Shown here piece by piece: positions 10,001 through 16,912 of a stretch of 55,254 bases of DNA. Each line of letters opens with the position of its first letter. Positions within the stretch are counted from its first letter, which is position 1. Source of the stretch: Myxococcota bacterium (GTDB lineage Bacteria > Myxococcota_C > UBA6777); assembly GCA_023150835.1 (NCBI GenBank), contig JAKLKB010000050.1, positions 1 to 55,254 of the forward strand. Reading direction: 5' to 3'. The position numbers were made by a program, and so were the translations under genes. The notes beneath the pieces are model-generated. The model did not search any database. It was not told the DNA's origin and was given only the letters and a program-made list of their open reading frames with translations.

Positions 10001-10132
10001 GTTGGTCAGATCGGGGACAGCGTCGATGGGAAGGGATTGAAAGGAGCGCCAGCCCCAGATGATCAAAAATACGCCAGCCAACAAGATCAAAAAGCGGTTG
10101 TGTAGGGCATATTGGGGGATGCGTTGAAACAT
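7001..10132 (-). CDS. czcA: CusA/CzcA-family heavy-metal efflux RND permease
   Basis: 1043 aa; LPIDAVPDLTNVQ, NLMSLGAIDFGIIVDGAVVMVE, EGKMFRPMA, RLRPVLMTA and GAEVQRPLATVVIGG. Confidence 0.93.
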   Translation of the reverse strand: MFQRIPQYALHNRFLILLAGVFLIIWGWRSFQSLPIDAVPDLTNVQIQILTNSPGLAPAEVERQITYPIEQAMAGIPKLDEIRSLSQISLSVVTVVFQEGTDIYWARQMVSQRLSNAREEIPAGYGTPSLGPLSTGLGEIFQFEIRSAKRDAMQLRTILDWYIAPALRMVHGVIEVNSMGGQMKTFEVSLYPQRLRTYNLSVSEVLQALQQANKNVGGGYIQRAGEQLVVRGEGFLRSLDDIRALSVRTQFGFTPVSIGQIADVRFAAMPRQGVATRDGRGEAVTATVMMLLGANARDVIQGVQERLTQLQPGLPKDVTLDVFYDRSLLVQRTLRTVQNNLLEGGLLVIVILFLLLGDLRGGLIVAFTIPLSLLFAFICMRWMGISGNLMSLGAIDFGIIVDGAVVMVEHSILVLTARRIAWKSSLEAVEHASNEVSRPIAFSVGIIILVYLPILTLQGTEGKMFRPMAWTVIFALFGALILSLTLVPVAASLAFPLHTQDRQTWLMRFFLWMYRPLLQQTLHRPKLILASAFAIFALSVVLAFRMGAEFLPRLDEGTLAVQAQRLTSISLSEAIQQSALVERSLKQFPEVLSVISKTGRPEIATDPMGLYQSDIYITLQPTHKWRSGMTTPRLVEAMKAALLHDAPGTSYSFTQPIEMRTAELLEGIRSDIGIKIFGDDLHKLRQTAEAIESLVKKVKGAADVSVEATDGLPYLRIQLDYQALGRYGTSPEEALRVVETIGGIHAGQIFEKERRFPLRIRFQHLDRTTIDAIRQLPVRTRDDKLIPLQKVARIWSEEGPVQIQREQGKRRIVVQINVRGRDLSTFVQEAKLSIEKAQKDGSLVIPEGFFLEWGGQFKQLASASQRLVVVVPLTLLLIFSLLMMAFGSARITALIYLNIPIAASGGIFALWLRGMPFSISAAVGFIALFGLAVMNGVVLYSAFQTLQQEGHSREETIVLGAQERLRPVLMTALTDAIGFFPMAFATTAGAEVQRPLATVVIGGVFTSMMLTLFVLPSAYGLWGPPTPLTSETPPPSDNSLPSD

Positions 10133-10168
10133 CGTGGTATCGGGCCTTTTTGGTGAATGTCGTGGTGT

Positions 10169-11515
10169 TTAGCGGCTGTCGGTTTTTTTGTCGTTGGCGG
10201 ATTGTGTCAGGATGGATTTGAGCAAAAATGCGCCGCGAGTGACGATGGTTTCGCCTTCGGAGAGTCCAAACAGGACTTCGGTGTATCCCTTGAATGCGGC
10301 ACCTGTGACGATATTTCGTGGGTGAGCGTGATCTTTGTGGAGGACAAAGACCACGCTTGAAAGGCCGATGGTTTGGATGGCTTCGTCGGGGATGACGAAG
10401 GGAGGTTCTTTGGTGTTGGTGGTTGGGGCAAGATGGGCTTCGAGCAGTTGGCCTCCACGCAAAAGCCCGGTGGGATTGGGGAGATCAACGCGTGCTTGGA
10501 GGCTTTGTTGTGCGCGCAAGACATTTTCGCTGATATGCACGATCTTGCCGGATAGAGCGTGCGGAACGCCATCGCCTGTAAAGGTCACGGTATCGCCTTC
10601 TTTGATCAGCGAAGCCCATTGCAGCGGATAGCGCAGATGGACCCAGACCACACGGCGGTCTTCGATCTGCATAAGGGCGGTATCGGGCGTGACCCATTGT
10701 CCGAGCTTTGCGTTGACGTGGACGATGGCTCCTTGACGAACAGCGCGAAGCGTGTAGCGCCCGTGGAGTTGTTTGGCATCCAGAGCAGGAGGTTGAACCC
10801 CGAAGATCCGAAGCTGTGCGCGTGCGTCTTGGTATTCGATCTTGGCGTGTGCTGCGCGGTTTTCGGCTTGTGCGAGGGCGCTTGCGCTGTTGAGGCCGAT
10901 CTTGTGGAGTTGTTTTTGTCGGTTGGCTTCGTTTTGAGTCAACTGCCAGAGGGCGTGGGTGCGGAGGTAGCGGCTACGGGCTTTTCCGACATCGGGGCTA
11001 TCGATCTCAAGCAGGGCTTGGCCGGAGCGAACATGGTGGCCTTCTTCTGCAAAGAAGCGGACGACACGACCTGCTGCGCGAGCGCCCGTGTGTTGGAGGG
11101 TGTGGTGAGGGATCTCGACTTCGGCGATGGTTTGGAGGCTTTGCAAACGCTTTCGTTCTCCAACGCGGATCGATTGAAGGGATTGTCGTTGTTGGAGGTG
11201 TTTGGGAAGGGGGATGCCTTTTTCGGGCGAATGAGCGGGAGCGCCCCCCAGTTTGATCGCAGCAGGAGTGGGCGGAGGTTGTGGAAGATCTTGTGGGTGT
11301 GGGCGTTGTGCTGGGGGGGATGGGAGCGTTCGTGCGTGTGGAGGTTGTTTGGGTGGATGGGGTCGATGGGAAGGGGTTTTGCGCAAAGAAGACGGTGGCT
11401 CTGAGAACAAAACAAGACGCGCTCCTGCAAGCACAAAGAAGAAGGCGGCGGCAACGACGAAAGCGACCGTAAGAAGGCGCGTTGTGAAGAGGGGAGTTGG
11501 GTTGGATGGGTTCAT
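10169..11515 (-). CDS. czcB: RND periplasmic adaptor (CzcB/CusB-like membrane fusion protein)
   Basis: N-terminal TM helix, Pro/His-rich linker, lipoyl-like GRVVRFFAEEGHHVRSGQAL, C-terminal GLSEGETIVTRGAFLLKS. Its ATG overlaps the upstream gene stop (ATGA). Confidence 0.88.
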   Translation of the reverse strand: MNPSNPTPLFTTRLLTVAFVVAAAFFFVLAGARLVLFSEPPSSLRKTPSHRPHPPKQPPHARTLPSPPAQRPHPQDLPQPPPTPAAIKLGGAPAHSPEKGIPLPKHLQQRQSLQSIRVGERKRLQSLQTIAEVEIPHHTLQHTGARAAGRVVRFFAEEGHHVRSGQALLEIDSPDVGKARSRYLRTHALWQLTQNEANRQKQLHKIGLNSASALAQAENRAAHAKIEYQDARAQLRIFGVQPPALDAKQLHGRYTLRAVRQGAIVHVNAKLGQWVTPDTALMQIEDRRVVWVHLRYPLQWASLIKEGDTVTFTGDGVPHALSGKIVHISENVLRAQQSLQARVDLPNPTGLLRGGQLLEAHLAPTTNTKEPPFVIPDEAIQTIGLSSVVFVLHKDHAHPRNIVTGAAFKGYTEVLFGLSEGETIVTRGAFLLKSILTQSANDKKTDSR

Positions 11516-12754
11516 GGTGTGCTTCCCTTGACTGAATGATTCGGATGGATGGGGATTTGAGCGCCGAGCCAACGTAGCTCGATGTGTGTTTGGGTGGCTT
11601 GTTCAAGGGCTTGGAGGTAACCGAGTTGGCCTTTTTCGAGGCTTTGTCGGGCGGTGAGTAGGCGGATCAGGTCGATCTGACCGGCGCGATAGCCTTGCTC
11701 GATCAGATCGAGTTGTTTTTGAAGTTGGGGCAGGATCTGGCTTTGGAAGGCGAGGACGACGCGACGTGCGAGGGTGTAGCGTTGGTGAGCGGTGTGAAGT
11801 CTTGCGAGAAGGCGGAGGCGGATTTGTTCGATCTCGACGCGGCGTTGGAGGATTTGAGCGCGCAGAGAGGCGACAGCGGGTTGATTGCGCCACCACAAAG
11901 GCAGGGCGATCTCGATGCCACCGCGCAAGACGTGTGCGCCCACGCTGTAAGCGTAAAGCATCACAAGGGTGAGGTCGGGAATGGCGAGGCTTTCGGCGAG
12001 GGCGAGTTCGGCTTGTGTGTGTCGCAGATGAGCGTGGGCAAGCTGTAGATTCGGATGATGGGGGATTTTTTGTTCGATGGAAGCAAGCAGCGGCGGTGGT
12101 GGAAATTGCGGAGCGATGGGGATATCGACGTGGGGGAAGGTGGGGGTATACCAACCGAGCAAGAGGCGAAGTTGTTGGATGGCTTGGAGGCGTCGAGAAT
12201 CGGACTGGAGGACTTGTTGTTGCGCTTGGAGGGCTTCAAGCAAGGCCATCTGTTGTTCGAGGCGTGTGCCATCGCCGAGGGCTTTGCGTTGGAGGGTGAG
12301 TTGGGCGATGCGTTGGTGAAAGTCGGCGAGAGAGCGGTAGATCTCGACTTCGCGGGAGGTTTGGCGAGTGGTGTACAAGGCGAGCAAAAGATCCCGATGG
12401 ATGGCGAGTTTCGCTTGTTGAAGGCGAAGGCGTGTGATCTCGACGGCGATCTTTGCGGCCTGTTGGTTGCGACTCCATGCCTTCGAAGGTGAGGATCGGA
12501 TTGGTAGGAAAAGCGGTGAGTCCTTGTTGGCGGGCTTGGGCTACGACGCTTTGAGCGCGGAGTTGTCGGAGTGTGGGGTTGTGCTTATAAGCAAAGCTCC
12601 ACGCTTGTTGGGGAGTTAAGCTCGATGAGCCTTCTGCACGCACCAGCGCAGCAGAGAAAATCCACACAAAAAGCAAAGCAGCCACACCGCGATGTCGTGT
12701 AAGTCTCCTACCTGCGTAAATCCTATCAAGAAGAACCGTTTTTTTGATCATCAT
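11512..12754 (-). pseudogene. czcC: TolC/CzcC-family outer-membrane factor split by a frameshift near 12481 (pseudogene or assembly error)
   Basis: The 5' frame gives a signal peptide plus LTPQQAWSFAYKHNPTL...NPILTFEG and then runs into nonsense, stopping at 12236. The TolC-like sequence resumes in another frame at 12480 (AWSRNQQAAK...HPNL...IPDL...GYRAGQIDLIRLL), which is closed upstream by TAG at 12543-12541. Confidence 0.8.
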
Positions 12755-12982
12755 CGACCCGACCAAGAGAGAAGAAGTTGAAGAAAGGAGTTGTGCATAG
12801 CAAGGAGGGCCTTTCTGTTTTGTGCGGTGCGCCCGCCTTTGGACTGGATGCCTGCGTCACGATACCACAAACCGAAGAGTTGACCTGCATCCACGTGAAA
12901 CCGTTTTTGGAGAGATCGCAAGCGTGAAAGAGGTTGCGCGCTTTTCGTGGGGGGAGGAGTAGTATATGCTGCGGCGTAGCGC

Positions 12983-13002
12983 CATGCGTCCGATGACGTA
13001 TG
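12983..13002. promoter_or_regulatory. 20-bp imperfect dyad, candidate operator in the divergent czcC/regulator interval
   Basis: CATGCGTC-CGAT-GACGTATG, with 7/8 arm complementarity, 34 bp upstream of the regulator ATG. Confidence 0.35.
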
Positions 13003-13036
13003 AATGTAATGGACTGAAAGAAAAGGTGTTTTTTTG

Positions 13037-13639
13037 ATGGATACGTCAGATGTCAGATCGGCGAAGGAACTGTTTACGCCGTTGGGGGTGCTGATCTTGT
13101 TGGCCGTTTTGATCACGTTCGACTTGGTGGCGGACTTTTGGGTGGGGATGTCGGTCGGGCATTTTGTGTTGGAGTTGTGCTTGATCGGTGCGTCTGCTTT
13201 GGCAGCCCGTGTGCTGTGGAAGCGTGTACAAGCCGAACGCGAAGCGATGCGCGCCGCACATGCGCGGTTGGAAGAGGAACACGCACGTCTGCGTTTGGCT
13301 TCCGAAACGTGGCAAGGTGCGGCGGAACATTGGCGAGAACAGAATCGCTCTTTGGTGGAAGGTCTTTCGGAGGCGATCGATCGGCAGTTGGGTGAGTGGG
13401 GACTGAGCGAAGCGGAATCCGATGTCGCGTTGCTGTTGTTGAAAGGACTGGCCCTCAAAGAGATCGCAGATATCCGTCGCGTGAGCGAGCGAACTGTGCG
13501 CGAACAAGCGAGAGCGATCTACCGCAAATCAGAACTGGCCAACCGTAGCGAATTGGCTGCTTTTTTCCTTGAAGATCTTTTGTCTCCACGAACACATACG
13601 GAAAGCGAGGGGACTAGCAAAGAAGCAAAGTCCGTGTAG
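13037..13639 (+). CDS. Membrane-anchored LuxR-type HTH transcriptional regulator (2 TM, coiled coil, HTH)
   Basis: Two hydrophobic helices, an R/E/A-rich coil, then WGLSEAESDVALLLLKGLALKEIADIRRVSERTVREQARAIYRK; no receiver domain. Confidence 0.88.
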   Translation: MDTSDVRSAKELFTPLGVLILLAVLITFDLVADFWVGMSVGHFVLELCLIGASALAARVLWKRVQAEREAMRAAHARLEEEHARLRLASETWQGAAEHWREQNRSLVEGLSEAIDRQLGEWGLSEAESDVALLLLKGLALKEIADIRRVSERTVREQARAIYRKSELANRSELAAFFLEDLLSPRTHTESEGTSKEAKSV

Positions 13640-13642
13640 ATT

Positions 13643-13686
13643 TCAAAAAACGAGACATCCCGTTGAGCGAAGGGGGTCTTTTTGAG
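13643..13686 (+). terminator. Putative intrinsic terminator
   Basis: A-tract, imperfect stem AGACATCCC/GGGGGTCT and T-tract immediately after the stop codon. Confidence 0.45.
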
Positions 13687-13733
13687 AAGGCACAACGGGC
13701 CGAGCAAGACAAAAGCATCGCACGGAGCGAGAG

Positions 13734-16643
13734 ATGGCGGAACAGAAAACACGGAATGTACGGAATATACGGGTGTATAGATGGTTTTTGATCTTGGCAG
13801 TGGCGGGGTTGTGGCGCTGTGTGGGGCCTGCACAAGTCGACACCACGTATCGGTTGTGTCGAGACAGCGGAGATTGCGAGCAAGATTTTGTGTGCGTGCT
13901 GAACGCTTGCATTCAGCGTCCGATCGAGGCGATTGTGCCGGAACCGTTTCCAGAGATCCAGCTTCCCGAGAATCCTGTGACGCCGGTGGATGCGAGCGAA
14001 CCAGCCCCCCCCGAAAAGATCTGCCCCGAGGGAATGCCGGAATGCGAAACGTGTGTGCGGAAAGAAAATTGTGGAAAAGGCCGAATCTGCACGGAACAAG
14101 GGGTTTGCATCAAAGGTTGCGTCAACAACGAGGACTGCATCAAGCCCGATCCACCGTACTGCGACCCGAAATTGAGCGTGTGTAAAGCTTGTTTATCGAC
14201 AGCGGAGTGCCGTTTCGATCAGCCGGGTACTTTGTGCCGCAACGATGTTTGTGGAACGTGCGATACAGATGACGCGTGCGTCAAGGAATACGAGGCGGGG
14301 TATCTTTGTATCGAAGGGAAGTGCAAGAAGGCGGAGTGTCGGCAACATACGGATTGTCCGAAAGCGCATCAAAAGTGCGGAGACGAGTGCTTTTGTCGAG
14401 CCAACCAATGCGAACCCTGCAACGAGACGGGAACGGAGTGTGGGAGTGATCGCCTGTGTTTGGCGGGAAAATGTGTGTCAGGCGATTGTCGCCAAGACAG
14501 CGATTGTTTGGGTGGGAAGTTGTGCAAGCAAAACCGCTGCACAGGTTGTACAGGAACTCAGGATTGTTTGGGGGGGCAGATCTGTGAGAACAGCGCGTGT
14601 GTAAAAGGGCAGTGTGCGGTAAGGTCGGATTGTCCGAGTGGATTGCTTTGCGTGAGAGGAAAGTGTGCGGGATGTACGCAGGACAATGAGTGCGCGAGTG
14701 GAGAGCTTTGTTTACAGGGAGTTTGCCAGAACGCGAACTGCCGCGTCCGTTCGGATTGTCGGGCGGGTGAGACGTGCTTTAATTTTCGCTGCGGCCCATG
14801 TGGACAAGACAGCGAATGTGAGAGCAACGAGTTGTGCTTGTCGGGAGGATGCAAGGTCGCGCAGTGTCGGTTGCGCAGCGACTGCAAAGGTGCCGACAGC
14901 GGTAAGGTGTGCAAAAACAACGTATGTGCCGACTGCACCAGCCGAAGCGATTGCGCTGCGGATGAGATCTGTATCTCGGGTCGGTGCCAGCGAGGAAACT
15001 GCGTGGACACCCTTGCGGATTGTGGTGCGTCAAGGCAGGTTTGCCTAGCGAATGCTTGTAAGGCTTGCACACAAAAGAGCGATTGTGCCGCATACAAGGG
15101 AGATTGTGTGGGGGGGCAATGTCTGATCGTGGCGGAAGTAAAGAACGGCGCGATGGAATGGAGCGATGGTACGGCGGGCTTGGATTGTGCGGATTATCGG
15201 TTTCCAAGCCGATCTCATGTTCAGGCCGCAACGAGCAGCGGCTTGTATCGGATCAAACCCGCAGCCTCGACGAATGCGTATGTGGTGCATTGTGAGATGG
15301 CCTATGCAGGGGGAGGATGGACGCTGGTGCTCAAAGCGGACGGAGCGCAGACGACGTTCGAATACAACAATGCTTTGTGGACAAATCAGAACACGCACCC
15401 TGCGAGCAACCCTGATCGCGATCGCAACCGCACCGAGGCCAAACTGGAGAGCTATTGGACGGTACCTGTCGAGGAGATCTTGTTGCAGATGCAGCAAAAC
15501 ACAACGGATGCTGTGCGTTCGGGGATCGTGCGGATGAAAGCCAACTCGATGTTGGACGTGATCAAAAAGCCCAACAATACGGATTTTGAGGCAGGGATGG
15601 CGATCCCCAACTGGCGATCGTTGGTGGGGGATAGCTCCTTGCAGCAAAACTGCATCCAAGAAGGGATCAACTTGCGCATCTCCAACGGCGATCTGCGCGG
15701 TGTTCGGCTTGGGATCAAGGCCAATGACAACAGCAGTTTCTGTAGTTATGCGGATTCTGCGATCGGATTTGGGATCGAGTCACGAGTGAGCAATCCCCCA
15801 TCGATCGGGAACATCGCACGGTCGGGAGCAGACAACGGCAACAAAGATCACAAGCCGTTTGGTTATGTGTATGTGCGTCAATTGCGTTCGACCCAGAGCG
15901 TGGTGTTGGATGACGGAGCGTTAACCTACGCAGGAGGGCGCACAGGCGAGTCTTGTTTGGCGTATCATCTGCCGCCTGCGGCTTCAGCCACAGACGGTAC
16001 GTATTGGATTCAACCCCCCGGTGTATCGAAGCGAATCAAGACCTATTGTCGGATGCTGTTCCAAGGCGGAGGGTGGTCTTTGGCGATGAAAGTAGATGGG
16101 CGAAAAACCACTTTTTCGTATAATAAACCGATTTGGACAGACAAAACGCCGCTAAATCCGACGCTTGTGAACTTGACTACGGACGGAGAGGCCAAGCTAG
16201 AGAATTTCTGGGCGCAATCTTTTTCGCAGGTACTTCTCAGTTTCCAAAATCCATCAAGTACCGGTTTCATCTCGATCATGGCACATAAACAAGCGAAGTC
16301 GTTGCATGATATCTTATCGCCCAACACGTACCAAAGTTTTGATTATCCGCTAGGCCGTTATGCGTGGCGTTGGGCGATGCCTGTTGCGTCATTGCAAAGG
16401 AATTGTGCGCAAGAGGGGTTTAACGCCATCCCAAGCGACGCGAACGCAGCTCGCGTCAGAATTGGCATCATCGCGAACGAAAAAGGTAGCTGTGACGGCC
16501 AAAATGACTCGCGGATCGGTGTGGGTGGGGCGAGCGATTACTGCGGTCAAGACAACGACAATAGCGCCGGCAACGAGGCGTACTGCTGGCCAGAAGGTCC
16601 TGACAGAAGCACCAAGGCTTTTGTGTATGTGTTTGTGCGGTGA
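13734..16643 (+). CDS. Secreted or lipid-anchored protein: about 17 Cys-rich repeats plus two fibrinogen/intelectin-like (YCxM...GGGW) domains, paralog A
   Basis: Signal-like N-terminus ending LWRC; repeats C-x4-[DE]C-x5-C-x4-C; two domains with GxYxIxP, CEM/CRM...GGGW, EAKL, SLQxNCxxEGxN, RxGI, DSxIGxG, ending YV[YF]VR. Confidence 0.85.
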   Translation: MAEQKTRNVRNIRVYRWFLILAVAGLWRCVGPAQVDTTYRLCRDSGDCEQDFVCVLNACIQRPIEAIVPEPFPEIQLPENPVTPVDASEPAPPEKICPEGMPECETCVRKENCGKGRICTEQGVCIKGCVNNEDCIKPDPPYCDPKLSVCKACLSTAECRFDQPGTLCRNDVCGTCDTDDACVKEYEAGYLCIEGKCKKAECRQHTDCPKAHQKCGDECFCRANQCEPCNETGTECGSDRLCLAGKCVSGDCRQDSDCLGGKLCKQNRCTGCTGTQDCLGGQICENSACVKGQCAVRSDCPSGLLCVRGKCAGCTQDNECASGELCLQGVCQNANCRVRSDCRAGETCFNFRCGPCGQDSECESNELCLSGGCKVAQCRLRSDCKGADSGKVCKNNVCADCTSRSDCAADEICISGRCQRGNCVDTLADCGASRQVCLANACKACTQKSDCAAYKGDCVGGQCLIVAEVKNGAMEWSDGTAGLDCADYRFPSRSHVQAATSSGLYRIKPAASTNAYVVHCEMAYAGGGWTLVLKADGAQTTFEYNNALWTNQNTHPASNPDRDRNRTEAKLESYWTVPVEEILLQMQQNTTDAVRSGIVRMKANSMLDVIKKPNNTDFEAGMAIPNWRSLVGDSSLQQNCIQEGINLRISNGDLRGVRLGIKANDNSSFCSYADSAIGFGIESRVSNPPSIGNIARSGADNGNKDHKPFGYVYVRQLRSTQSVVLDDGALTYAGGRTGESCLAYHLPPAASATDGTYWIQPPGVSKRIKTYCRMLFQGGGWSLAMKVDGRKTTFSYNKPIWTDKTPLNPTLVNLTTDGEAKLENFWAQSFSQVLLSFQNPSSTGFISIMAHKQAKSLHDILSPNTYQSFDYPLGRYAWRWAMPVASLQRNCAQEGFNAIPSDANAARVRIGIIANEKGSCDGQNDSRIGVGGASDYCGQDNDNSAGNEAYCWPEGPDRSTKAFVYVFVR

Positions 16644-16912
16644 TTTTGTGTTTGTGTGTGCGGTGAGTGGTGTGATGGAAGGATTCTTTTGTGGTTCCCA
16701 TGGCAAGCATGGTGGATTGATTCTTTTGTGGGCTCCGTAGTATAGGGATCTTCGCACAATCGTTTGTGTTGAGCGGTCGCTTGGAAAGCTTGTCGTTTGA
16801 TGGAGACGGATGTTTTGGGTAACTCAGCGTGGATGGGTGACGATCAGGCGAAGTGTCGGGTGTTTGCAAAAGGAATGGGATGTGTTTTCTTTCTGCTTTG
16901 AGGTGTGGTTGG

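Noticed and set aside
12470-12490. Programmed ribosomal frameshift in czcC
   Set aside because: There is no slippery sequence, and coding sequence appears to be missing at the junction.
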